Of a DNA stretch of 64,000 nucleotides, positions 29,055 to 38,612 are shown in pieces (the first letter of the stretch is position 1; each line of letters opens with the position of its first letter). The position numbers were made by a program, and so were the translations under genes. The DNA lies in the NCBI GenBank assembly GCA_964544885.1, contig CAZJDX010000005.1:19862-83861 (forward strand), in the 5' to 3' direction. The stretch is from an uncultured Flavobacteriales bacterium (GTDB lineage: Bacteria > Bacteroidota > Bacteroidia > AKYH767-A > 2013-40CM-41-45). Under the pieces are notes generated by a model that was given only the letters and a program-made list of their open reading frames with translations, made no database searches and was not told the DNA's origin.

Positions 29055-30944
29055 CTACTCTTTAACAAAACGGACCGTATGAAGCTCATTCATGCCCTGA
29101 ACGGTGACCAGATAGATGCCTCTGCCGAGCAAACTGATATCAGCGCTGAATTGTCCGTAAGTGCCGGAATCAAGCCTGTATTCCGCCACCAGCATGCCCT
29201 GTACATTAAGTATTCTCAGGTTCGCGCTCTCAATATTAAAGTTCTGCAGGTTAAAAGTTATCCTGTCGCTGGCAGGATTCGGATAAGCCTGGATCGTTTC
29301 CGTAGCGCTCAGGCTTTTTTCCATTCCGTTGCATTCCTGGAAGACTACTCTTACTTCCGAGCTGACAGAACAACCGTTAGGATTAGTCACGGTTACGCCG
29401 TAAAGTCCGGGCTGAGAGACAAGGAGACTGGAATTGACGGAACCATCCGACCAGATATAATCGTTATCATCGCTTCCTGCTTCCAGAACAAATTCATGTC
29501 CATTACACGCAGCAAGGGAACCGCCTAGATTCAGTACAGGTGCTGTATACTGTGTCTCAATTTTTACTTCCTTGTTGAATTCGCATCCTGATGCATCTTT
29601 TACATGGATGGTATAATTGCCAGCGCTGAGGTTCTCCCGGATTAACTGTTCAGATCCGATATCTGACCAGCTTAACTGATAGGGTTGTACGCCACCGAGA
29701 ACCGTGGCCATGATCTTTCCGTCATTCCGGTCAGGGCAGGACTGAGGTGAAGCTGATACGGAGAGATCCAGATCGTTGAAATGGATCGTGTATTGGAAGG
29801 TTCTGGAGCTAACATAAGGACAGGCCTCATCCGTGACTGTCATGGTAAAGCGATAGGAAGCTTCCGTATTGATTTCATCGGAAGGGTTCCAGTAGAAGCT
29901 GCTGACAGGGTGCAGACCTGTACCACTGGTAATCTGTGCTCCAGGTATGGAATGATCCCATGAAATGTTCAGGCTTTGTTCCTGGTCTGAATCATGGGAG
30001 AATATGTCAAAACTTATCGGCACCTCTTTACATACAATTATTTCATAGTCAGAACTTCCGTTAATACCACTCAGTTGCGGAGCGGCATTGCTATAAGCAA
30101 GAACACTCAGTTGCATATCTCTGCTGATCCTTGAGATAAGAATTCCATTTCTGTATTCCTCCACACTCACGGCATAAACTCCTGTTATAACATTCTCCGG
30201 TTTAAGACTGATAATTCCTGTGGAAGCATTGAGGTTCATCTCACAACCGACAGGGTTGTTTTTGTGATAGGAGCCGGTGTAATTCACATTCTGATCCGCT
30301 GCGATCTTTGCGGAGTTTAAGGAATAGACCAGGAGATCTCCATCCTCGTCTGTGGCATCAGCCTGAATATATTGAAGGTCGCCCAGGTAGAGTATTGAAA
30401 CAGGAACTGCAGAGAAGCGCGCTGAATTATTGTGACCAACTATATTGTTCAGGAGCGCTTCAGTATATACCGGCTGGTTAGCCGGATCATTTATCGTAGT
30501 GATATTGGAATTACGGCAACATTCGGATACACTGAATTTCCAGTCAGCACTTACTGTTGGAAGCTCAATCTCGCATGTGTACTGTAGGGATTCCATTCCG
30601 GGATAAGTCCCGCCTTCACAGGTACTCAAAGCGGATGGGCAAAGCTGATGCAGGATTGTTCCGGAACCGCTTACCAGGGCAAGCGAATGGAAGGAGGAAT
30701 AGTCCAAAGATTCAGACTCAACCTTCAAATTCAGATCGGCCGGTGCCGGAATACCGCTGCAATCCCTGTACAGGGTGTATTGCAGCTGGTATTTCGAACC
30801 GTTTACATGCTTGTAGGTCAGTTCCGCACCAAGCATGTGGCTTGCAGTGGCGTTCTGATGAATCACCATCATGATACAGAAAATGAAGATCAGGAGGATG
30901 ATTCCGTAAACACCAAAGGCCGAATTTTGCTGAGATGACCGCAT
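29055..30944 (-). CDS. T9SS-secreted adhesin-like protein with SprB repeat and type A CTD
   Basis: 629 aa. Signal peptide. N-terminal module ASHMLGAELTY...YTLYRDCSGI...SECCRN shared with the next gene. One clear SprB repeat (SCPDRNDGKIMATVLGGVQPYQLSWSD...GNYTIHVKDASGCE). C-terminal YPNPASDRITF...LVTVQGMNELHTVRFVKE sorting domain. Confidence 0.7.
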   Translation of the reverse strand: MRSSQQNSAFGVYGIILLIFIFCIMMVIHQNATASHMLGAELTYKHVNGSKYQLQYTLYRDCSGIPAPADLNLKVESESLDYSSFHSLALVSGSGTILHQLCPSALSTCEGGTYPGMESLQYTCEIELPTVSADWKFSVSECCRNSNITTINDPANQPVYTEALLNNIVGHNNSARFSAVPVSILYLGDLQYIQADATDEDGDLLVYSLNSAKIAADQNVNYTGSYHKNNPVGCEMNLNASTGIISLKPENVITGVYAVSVEEYRNGILISRISRDMQLSVLAYSNAAPQLSGINGSSDYEIIVCKEVPISFDIFSHDSDQEQSLNISWDHSIPGAQITSGTGLHPVSSFYWNPSDEINTEASYRFTMTVTDEACPYVSSRTFQYTIHFNDLDLSVSASPQSCPDRNDGKIMATVLGGVQPYQLSWSDIGSEQLIRENLSAGNYTIHVKDASGCEFNKEVKIETQYTAPVLNLGGSLAACNGHEFVLEAGSDDNDYIWSDGSVNSSLLVSQPGLYGVTVTNPNGCSVSSEVRVVFQECNGMEKSLSATETIQAYPNPASDRITFNLQNFNIESANLRILNVQGMLVAEYRLDSGTYGQFSADISLLGRGIYLVTVQGMNELHTVRFVKE

Positions 30945-31202
30945 TGGTAGATGAGTTTGAATTCTTGGTCAAAATATCATCCCATGCCCCCGGTTTCAAT
31001 TTTCTTCTGTTTAAGGCTATTATGCGTATGTAAAGACCTCAATATCTGTTGTGAATGGAGGCCTGTCTAAACTATCAATTATATTAATTTTGAGAAAAAT
31101 GGGGCTTTTTCTTTATCGATGAAAAATTCAGATCAGGATGGCTAAATTTGTTTATTTTCAGATAAATATGGCCTTTTTGTAAAAATTACCCCATTATTTT
31201 AA

Positions 31203-31239
31203 TAAAAAAAGCTGTCCCCGGAGAGACAGCCTTTTCTTT
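31203..31239 (-). terminator. Rho-independent terminator of the 907-aa SprB-repeat gene
   Basis: On the minus strand: ggctgtc-tctccggg-gacagcc followed by TTTTTTT. Confidence 0.7.
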
Positions 31240-31255
31240 ATGCGATGATCAGATA

Positions 31256-33871
31256 TTATTCCTTAACCAGTCGGATGGTTTGAATTTCATTATTGTATTC
31301 AACCTTCATCAGGTAGATTCCGGCTGAGTATTTACCGAGGTCCAGTGTCTTGTGATAGCCTGTCTGACTCTTTTCATTGCTTGAATAAAGCTGATTTCCG
31401 AGTACGTCATAGACGAGTATCCTCACATTGGTATCCTTTATTTTGGCTATGTTCACTGTGAACTGATCTCTGAAAGGATTTGGCGAGACGGTGAAGGCAT
31501 GCCAGTTATTATAACGATCTCCGTTATTGGTCTGGAAAGTCTGACACTGAATGAAGTTGACTGCGATTGCATCGAAGTTTTCACATCCGAAGGAATTAGT
31601 CACAAGTACTGAATAGGTTCCGGCTGTGCTCACAGTAAGTGTCTGTCCTGTGCTGTTATCAGACCACAGATAGCTTGTTGCTCCTGCTCCTGCATCGAGT
31701 ACCAGAGTGGCGCCTATACAAACTGTGGTGTCATTTCCAAGGTTCACGGAAGGTGAAGGATTGACGAAACCAATGGTAACACTGGCATAGGCTCTGCAGC
31801 CAAGATAGTCTTCAACCATCACCAGGTAGGTTCCGGGAGCAAGGTTATTGACGGATGCAGTGGTATCACCATTAGGCCACAGATAGGTGTATGGCATTGT
31901 TCCTCCCGTCGCGGAAACGGTGGCTGAACCATCTTCGCTGCTCTGGCATGTTGCATCACTTGATGCAACGATAGTGGCCGTAATTCCTGCGGAATTGGCG
32001 ACAATGGTTGACAAGCTGATAGTACAACCGCTGGTTACATCGGTTACCAGGCAGTCGTACTGACCGGTAATGAGACCGGTAGCGCTGGCTGTAGTGCTAA
32101 CATTAGGTGTCCATGTATAGGTGATATTTCCTGATCCACCGGTCACAACTACGGTTGCGGATCCGTCATTGGCCACACAAGTGGCAGGTCTGGACGAAAT
32201 CGTCGCGGAAATCGGAGTCGTACCGGCAATGGTCACACTTCCTGATACAGGGCAGTTATTTGCATCTTTCACCAATACATTATAGGTTCCTGGTAAAAGA
32301 TCATCCGCAGTAGCGCTGGTCTGTGCATCCGGATCATCCCATAGATAGGTGTAGGTCGGACCGGTTCCGCCGCTTACCACTGCAGTAGCACTGCCAAATT
32401 GTGAATTACATCCGGCATCAATTCCTGTAACTGTCAGGTTCAGGGCCGGAGGTTCCAGAATGCTAAAGGTTCTTGTTCCCATACAACCTGTGGCATCGGT
32501 TACATTCAGAGTATAGTTACCGGCATACAAGTGACTGATCGATGGGGTGAATAATTCAAGTCCATTGGGTCCTGTCCATACATATGAAAAAGGATCCACA
32601 CCTGTTGGAGTAACGGATGCTGTTCCGGTGTGCGCTCCCGGACATTGCACGCTGGTGGAATGAACCAGTGTCATATCCATATTGGAGACTGTAATTGAAT
32701 AGGAGTAGGTGGTTACCCCATTTGACGGGCAGGCATTATCCCGTACCGATACGGTGAAAGTATATGGTGCAGAGCGTGCATCTCCCGGATCAGGAGTCCA
32801 GCAGAAACGTCCTACCGGAGCATTAAATGGCCCGCTCACCGTAAAGGTGGCACCAGGGATGGCCTGATTCCAGGTCATGGTAAGTGAGTCATTTGGATCC
32901 GGGTCGGATCCGTACACGTCAAAACAAATCTGGCCACCGCAGGAAGAGGTTGCAAAAATTTGTGTGCCGTCAACTCCGGTACCCTGCGGAAGCGCATTGG
33001 AGCAAGTAGTAGTATAAATCTGTATATCGCGCATGACCGTTCCGATCAGTTCACCGTTTCGGTATTCACGGATAAGGACGGCGATCACCGCAACTTCAAC
33101 GGCAGCAGGATTCATGAATATATCACCGGTAACCGGATCTATCGAGACTGTATTTCCTGATGTTGAAGTAAGAGGATTTGCTGTGGAGAAACCGGGTGCA
33201 TAAGCGATTGGTGTATTCACCGCGTCGCGTGGAGGTACAAATGAATATACAAGTGAGTCTCCTTCCGCGTCTATAACACCATGGTTGAAGAAATTGTCCT
33301 GACCGATGCACATAAAGGCGATCGGTACATTGGTGAAGGTAGGTGAACTGTTGTTGACGTTTGTATTATTCAGGTAGGCGTCAATGAATAAATCGTTAGA
33401 TGCAGGATTATCCAGGGTGGTAATGGTATTGTTCCGGCAGCACTCACCTGCGCTGAAAAACCAGTCCACACAGGCCTGTGGCAATGTCACAACGGCTGTG
33501 TATTCATACTTCTGGATACCGGTAGCGGAACCTCCGTTACAGGTGCTTACCGCCGAGGAGCAATTGGAGGTAATCTCATAACCCGTTCCGGGGACCTGAT
33601 TGAGGGTAACGGATTGGGAGGGTATGTTGCAACTCACCGACCCATACTGAATAGACTTGGTAGTAGGCGCAGAGATACCATCGCAGTCCCTGTAAAGGGT
33701 ATAGGTTATCTGATACTGGTTATTCCCGAGAGACTGGTAGGTAAGATCCGCACCGGCGGCATGGCTGGCGAAGATTTCCTGTGATCCGAACAGCGTTGAG
33801 ATCATCAGCATCAGGGTGATTTTGTGTCGCAGGATACCGGAAACACAGAATGAGTAAATTGTTTTCATCAT
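31256..33871 (-). CDS. T9SS-secreted adhesin-like protein with multiple SprB repeats and type A CTD
   Basis: ~870 aa from ATG 33871 (MMKTIYSF...). ASHAAGADLTY...YTLYRDCDGI...GECCRN N-module. At least 4 SprB repeats (e.g. VQCPGAHTGTASVTPTGVDPFSYVWTGPNG...GNYTLNVTDATGC). C-terminal SPNPFRDQFTV...YLMKVEYNNEIQTIRLVKE. Confidence 0.7.
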   Translation of the reverse strand: MMKTIYSFCVSGILRHKITLMLMISTLFGSQEIFASHAAGADLTYQSLGNNQYQITYTLYRDCDGISAPTTKSIQYGSVSCNIPSQSVTLNQVPGTGYEITSNCSSAVSTCNGGSATGIQKYEYTAVVTLPQACVDWFFSAGECCRNNTITTLDNPASNDLFIDAYLNNTNVNNSSPTFTNVPIAFMCIGQDNFFNHGVIDAEGDSLVYSFVPPRDAVNTPIAYAPGFSTANPLTSTSGNTVSIDPVTGDIFMNPAAVEVAVIAVLIREYRNGELIGTVMRDIQIYTTTCSNALPQGTGVDGTQIFATSSCGGQICFDVYGSDPDPNDSLTMTWNQAIPGATFTVSGPFNAPVGRFCWTPDPGDARSAPYTFTVSVRDNACPSNGVTTYSYSITVSNMDMTLVHSTSVQCPGAHTGTASVTPTGVDPFSYVWTGPNGLELFTPSISHLYAGNYTLNVTDATGCMGTRTFSILEPPALNLTVTGIDAGCNSQFGSATAVVSGGTGPTYTYLWDDPDAQTSATADDLLPGTYNVLVKDANNCPVSGSVTIAGTTPISATISSRPATCVANDGSATVVVTGGSGNITYTWTPNVSTTASATGLITGQYDCLVTDVTSGCTISLSTIVANSAGITATIVASSDATCQSSEDGSATVSATGGTMPYTYLWPNGDTTASVNNLAPGTYLVMVEDYLGCRAYASVTIGFVNPSPSVNLGNDTTVCIGATLVLDAGAGATSYLWSDNSTGQTLTVSTAGTYSVLVTNSFGCENFDAIAVNFIQCQTFQTNNGDRYNNWHAFTVSPNPFRDQFTVNIAKIKDTNVRILVYDVLGNQLYSSNEKSQTGYHKTLDLGKYSAGIYLMKVEYNNEIQTIRLVKE

Positions 33872-34087
33872 GTTATGAGGTTGGGTTGTTATTTCTTCTC
33901 TTTTAAAATTCGATGTGGATAAAAATACTTGATACGACGAAGCCACAATATTTTCTTTTGTGAACCTGGACATATTCATGGCGAGTGGCTGCTATAAGGC
34001 TGCAAATCCTTGCCTGTTCTTTACAGACAAATCCTTCTGATTAGCCTGTTGCAATTATATATAAAGATAAGACAAATATCCAGAATT

Positions 34088-34396
34088 TTAACAAAAACTA
34101 TCTGTTGAAGGCCATAATTTATCAAGACTCCAGGCCTCTGCTGGAGCGGAAAAGAGGGCTCTCGTCTGACGCCATGTGTTTTTGAAAAGCGCTGAACGCC
34201 TGTATTCATCTAGATTTTCAGCGCTTTCCCAAAGGCTGTAGGTGAGCAAGATCTCCGGAAAACCCTGCACCTGCAGGAGTTCAAGATGAAGGCAACCGGG
34301 GAAATTTCTTATTTGATCAGCATTTTCCAAGAAGATTTCAAGAAAATCCTGCAATTTTCCCGGTTCAAATTTCATTTTAACAATTCTGCTAATCAT
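34088..34396 (-). CDS. Antibiotic biosynthesis monooxygenase (ABM)/Dabb-like small alpha+beta barrel protein
   Basis: 102 aa, ABM-like pattern (VKMKFEPGK...FLE...FPGCLHLELLQ...YSLWESAENLDEYRRS). Confidence 0.55.
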   Translation of the reverse strand: MISRIVKMKFEPGKLQDFLEIFLENADQIRNFPGCLHLELLQVQGFPEILLTYSLWESAENLDEYRRSALFKNTWRQTRALFSAPAEAWSLDKLWPSTDSFC

Positions 34397-35195
34397 TGAA
34401 TTCGATTCTGATTGAATCCAGCACTTTTATACCAAGCAAGCTTGCAGCATTTGCCTGATTCAGGGCGATTTCCAGATAGCCGTCCTCATTAAAGAATGCA
34501 ACCATTTCTCCGGAAGCTGCGTCTTCGTAACTGTTATTGATTCTGTTCAGACGATAGAAGGATCGCCTCAGTAATATATTTACAGACCTTCCCATTCTTG
34601 CCATTTCAAATTCATCTTTTCTCACATTAGTCATCAGGTTGCCGAAACTGTCAGTGAATATGATGGCCGCTTTTATCCCGTTCGAGTCGAATGCAGCCTG
34701 GGGAAGGAAAATCTGCTGCACACTCTCTTGTTTCTCTCCGAAAATGTCAAGGTTTTCTCCCTGTAACAGGGCAGCAAGAATGTTAATGATGCCTGATTTT
34801 AATTCAAACCTGTCACTGATCTCATCAGGAAGTAATTTGTAGATTTTTGATGGTGATTCCTGTCCGAAAATCAAAGAGAAGATTCCGCTGTCTCTTCCAA
34901 TGAAAAGATGACCGGCATATTCAACTCCCAGCATCGGACTTTGCTTTTGTCTTGAACTCTGTGCACTGCTTCCGTTCAGACCGATAAAATGGATGCTTCC
35001 GTCAGGAAAATTCAGATATGAATTCCTGAGCATGTAAGCGGCATGCAAAATATTATGCTTTTCAACATCGTGCGATATATCGATGATCTGAACTTGTGGT
35101 ACGATACCGAGTATTTTTCCCTTGAATGAACCCACATAATGATCACGTAACCCCCAGTCGGTTAGCATGGTCAAAACAGGCTGAGCTCTCTTCAT
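34389..35195 (-). CDS. SAM hydroxide adenosyltransferase family protein (DUF62; SAM hydrolase/halogenase-like fold)
   Basis: 268 aa, N-terminal LTDWGLRDHYVGSFKGKILGIVP matches the DUF62 signature (TDFGxxDxYVGxMKG). Overlaps the ABM gene by 8 nt. Confidence 0.7.
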   Translation of the reverse strand: MKRAQPVLTMLTDWGLRDHYVGSFKGKILGIVPQVQIIDISHDVEKHNILHAAYMLRNSYLNFPDGSIHFIGLNGSSAQSSRQKQSPMLGVEYAGHLFIGRDSGIFSLIFGQESPSKIYKLLPDEISDRFELKSGIINILAALLQGENLDIFGEKQESVQQIFLPQAAFDSNGIKAAIIFTDSFGNLMTNVRKDEFEMARMGRSVNILLRRSFYRLNRINNSYEDAASGEMVAFFNEDGYLEIALNQANAASLLGIKVLDSIRIEFND

Positions 35196-35340
35196 AACCC
35201 TTGTTAATAACTTGTCTTTTTGGAAGGCTTAAAAATAGGGAGATTTACTTAGTATTGAAACGAAAATCAGTCGTGAGAATTATTATTTCTGAAGGAGGGA
35301 ATGAGGATGGCACGACAAAGTCTAAACAAAACGAAAAACA

Positions 35341-36279
35341 TTGAGCGAAGTAATTATTCCAATTGACACATTTAACCCCGTTGAATTTTTTGGAGTTAAC
35401 GACAGTAATCTTGAAGTAATCAGAAAGAATTTTCCGGAGCTGAAACTCATAGCAAGAGGCAATGAGATCAAGGTCATCGGGGATGAAAAGAATATCCTCC
35501 TTTTCAGTGAAAAGATAAACAGACTGATTCAGCACTATCAGAAGTTTGGAAGTCTGACTCAGGACAATGTCGAACATTTTCTCGCAGACAGAGGCGGACA
35601 GGACAGTGCTTCACAGGTTCCTGCAGGTGATGTGCTTGTCTTTGGCCAGAACGGGATTATGGTCAGGGCCAGGACAGCCAACCAGAAAAAAATGGTTGAA
35701 AGTTCAGAGAAAAACGACATCCTCTTTGCCATCGGACCGGCTGGTACCGGCAAGACCTATACGGCTGTCGCTCTTGCCGTCAGGGCCTTAAAGAACAGAG
35801 AGATAAAGCGGATCATCTTAACCCGCCCTGCCGTTGAAGCCGGAGAGAACCTGGGATTTCTGCCCGGTGACCTGAAAGAGAAAATTGATCCTTATCTGAG
35901 GCCTTTGTATGATGCCTTGTATGACATGATACAGGGAGAGAAGGTAAAAAGTTATGTGGAAACCGGCGTGATCGAGGTGGCGCCCCTTGCCTTTATGCGT
36001 GGGCGTACGCTTGACAACGCATTTGTGATTCTCGACGAAGCGCAGAATGCCACGGAGAGCCAGCTGAAGATGTTCCTGACCCGGATGGGGCCATCGGCAA
36101 AATTTATTGTTACGGGAGATGTCACTCAGATCGATCTGCCAAGGAACCAACCTTCAGGTCTGGTCCAGGCCATCAAGATCCTTTCCAATGTCAAAGGAAT
36201 CGATTTCATCTATCTTGATGCGGGTGATGTCGTCAGGCACCGCTTGGTAAAGGAGATTATAGAGGCATACAACCGATGA
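35341..36279 (+). CDS. phoH: PhoH-like ATPase
   Basis: 312 aa, Walker [14 protein letters not shown], conserved [20 protein letters not shown]. Confidence 0.85.
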   Translation: MSEVIIPIDTFNPVEFFGVNDSNLEVIRKNFPELKLIARGNEIKVIGDEKNILLFSEKINRLIQHYQKFGSLTQDNVEHFLADRGGQDSASQVPAGDVLVFGQNGIMVRARTANQKKMVESSEKNDILFAIGPAGTGKTYTAVALAVRALKNREIKRIILTRPAVEAGENLGFLPGDLKEKIDPYLRPLYDALYDMIQGEKVKSYVETGVIEVAPLAFMRGRTLDNAFVILDEAQNATESQLKMFLTRMGPSAKFIVTGDVTQIDLPRNQPSGLVQAIKILSNVKGIDFIYLDAGDVVRHRLVKEIIEAYNR

Positions 36280-37244
36280 ATGCATTGAGTGAAAATGTCC
36301 GGGCTTTAAAAGAGACATCTTTTTCTTTGCCCGGTCAGTCTGGGTTCTACCGGGGTAAAGTCAGGGATGTATATACCATCCAGGGAAAGTATCTGGTTAT
36401 GGTTGTTACAGACAGGATTTCTGCTTTTGACGTTGTGCTTCCCAGGGCCATACCCTATAAGGGACAAGTGCTGAACCAGATCGCGGCCTTTATGATGCAG
36501 GCGACACGCGACATCGTTCCCAACTGGATTATCGATGTGCCCGATCCTAACGTGACGGTCGGACTAAAATGTGAAGCCTTTAAAGTGGAAATGGTGATCA
36601 GAGGATTTCTGACAGGTCATGCCTGGCGTGAATATAATGCAGGGAAGAGAATATTGTGCGGGGTAAAAATGCCTGAAGGTCTGAGAGAAAACGATCCATT
36701 CCCTGAACCCATCATCACGCCTACAACAAAGGCAGCCGCCGGCCATGACCAGGATATATCGAAGGACGAGATCCTGAAAAGAGGAATTGTATCGGAAGAA
36801 CATTATACACAAATAGAGAAGCATACAAGAAATTTGTATGAAAGAGGCAGGGAACTTGCTTCAAAACGAGGACTGATTCTGGTAGATACAAAGTATGAAT
36901 TCGGAAATCATGCCGGTAGTATCATACTGATTGATGAAATTCACACACCTGATTCTTCAAGGTATTTCTATTCTGACAGCTATGAAAAATTGCAGGCGGA
37001 AGGGAAACCTCAGCGCCAGTTATCAAAAGAGTTTGTTCGTCAATGGTTGATAGAAAATGAGTTTCAGGGAAAGGAAGGTCAAAAAATCCCGGCTATGAGC
37101 GACGAGTGGGTACAAAACATCTCCCTGCGATACATTGAGTTGTATGAAAGAATTATCGCTCAAAAGTTCATTCCTGCAGCGCAGGAGAATATTTTGTCAC
37201 GGATTGAAGATAATATCCGTACTTTCCTCTCTTCACTTAGTTGA
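36276..37244 (+). CDS. purC: Phosphoribosylaminoimidazole-succinocarboxamide synthase
   Basis: 322 aa long-form SAICAR synthetase ([24 protein letters not shown]). Confidence 0.85.
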   Translation: MNALSENVRALKETSFSLPGQSGFYRGKVRDVYTIQGKYLVMVVTDRISAFDVVLPRAIPYKGQVLNQIAAFMMQATRDIVPNWIIDVPDPNVTVGLKCEAFKVEMVIRGFLTGHAWREYNAGKRILCGVKMPEGLRENDPFPEPIITPTTKAAAGHDQDISKDEILKRGIVSEEHYTQIEKHTRNLYERGRELASKRGLILVDTKYEFGNHAGSIILIDEIHTPDSSRYFYSDSYEKLQAEGKPQRQLSKEFVRQWLIENEFQGKEGQKIPAMSDEWVQNISLRYIELYERIIAQKFIPAAQENILSRIEDNIRTFLSSLS

Positions 37245-37306
37245 TTATTTTAATCCGATTTCCCGCGCTTGACGCTGTCTGACGGGAGATTTACGATCTT
37301 TGCATC

Positions 37307-38512
37307 ATGCGGGAAAAGATCTATGCCGACAGGCTCCAGGAATTGATCAAAAACTACAGATCTGATCTTCCGCTGGCTTTATACCTCCGGCAGGAATTCA
37401 ACAAGAGGAGGAATATGGGAGCCAGGGACAGAAGACGAACCCGGGAGGATGTTTTCAGTTATTTCAGGCTTGGCAGAAATATTCCTGAACTAAGTATTCC
37501 GGAGCGTGCGGCTGTCGGTTCTTATCTCTGTTCAAGTATGAATACTCCGGAACTCATTCATCTAATAAAAACATTTTCTGCCATTGATCCCGGAACGCTG
37601 TCACTGGATCTTGAAAAAAAAATAGACGTCGTGAAGGAGAAGTATCCATCATTTGATATCCGGAAGGTTTTTCCGTTCGGAGATCTTTTATCTCCGCTAA
37701 TCAACCGGGAATTATTCACCGGATCCTTTCTTCACCAGCCTTCACTATGGATAAGAGTTAAACAGGATAAATTGCAGGAAGTGACCGAAGACTTGAATGC
37801 GAACAAAATTCAATACAAAAATTCATCTCGTTCACCTTTTGCGTTGAGTCTGGCTAATGGAACAGCGATACATCAACTCAGGTCTTATCAGGATGGTAAT
37901 TTTGAAGTGCAGGACATGTGTTCACAGCTTAGCGGCGCTTACTTTGACCTGAAGCCGGGAGAATGCTGGCTGGATGCCTGCGCGGGATCGGGTGGGAAGA
38001 GTTTGCAAATGCTTGACAGGGAATCAGGAATAAAGCTTAGCGTCAGCGACCTTCGGGAATCCTCCCTGACAAATTTAAAACTTAGAGCAAAAAAAGCCGG
38101 CGCAAAACTTGTCTCAGTCGAACAAGTTGATTGGAGCACACCTGCAACTTTCCACAATGAGAAATTCGACGGGATCCTGGCTGATGTGCCTTGTTCCGGA
38201 TCAGGAACCTGGGCAAGAAGTCCTGAAATTCTGAATTCTTTTGATCCGGCCGGACTTCACAACACCTATGTTGAAAGACAGAGAAAAATAGTTCATAATC
38301 TTACAGGCTCACTAAAAGATTCAGGCAGATTGGTTTACATTACCTGTTCGGTTTTTCGTGCTGAGAATGAGGAAAATGTCAGGCATTTTCAGGACGAGGG
38401 ATCATTAAGATGTATCTCGCAACAATACTTTGAAGGAGCTGCAGATGGCGCAGACACGATGTTTCTGGCTATCTTCGAGAAGAAAAAAAAGAGTACAAAT
38501 CTTACAGATTAA
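37307..38512 (+). CDS. RsmB/RsmF(Fmu/NOL1/NOP2/Sun) family RNA m5C methyltransferase
   Basis: 401 aa. SAM motif LDACAGSGGKS, catalytic DVPCSGSG and TCSV motifs. Confidence 0.75.
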   Translation: MREKIYADRLQELIKNYRSDLPLALYLRQEFNKRRNMGARDRRRTREDVFSYFRLGRNIPELSIPERAAVGSYLCSSMNTPELIHLIKTFSAIDPGTLSLDLEKKIDVVKEKYPSFDIRKVFPFGDLLSPLINRELFTGSFLHQPSLWIRVKQDKLQEVTEDLNANKIQYKNSSRSPFALSLANGTAIHQLRSYQDGNFEVQDMCSQLSGAYFDLKPGECWLDACAGSGGKSLQMLDRESGIKLSVSDLRESSLTNLKLRAKKAGAKLVSVEQVDWSTPATFHNEKFDGILADVPCSGSGTWARSPEILNSFDPAGLHNTYVERQRKIVHNLTGSLKDSGRLVYITCSVFRAENEENVRHFQDEGSLRCISQQYFEGAADGADTMFLAIFEKKKKSTNLTD

Positions 38513-38612
38513 AAAATCCAAATGATGTACAAGTCAGAGCCAGTCTGTTTTTCAGCAACCATAGTACTTGATTCAAAGTATATACCATGAACTCAATCTC
38601 CTACGGATTATA

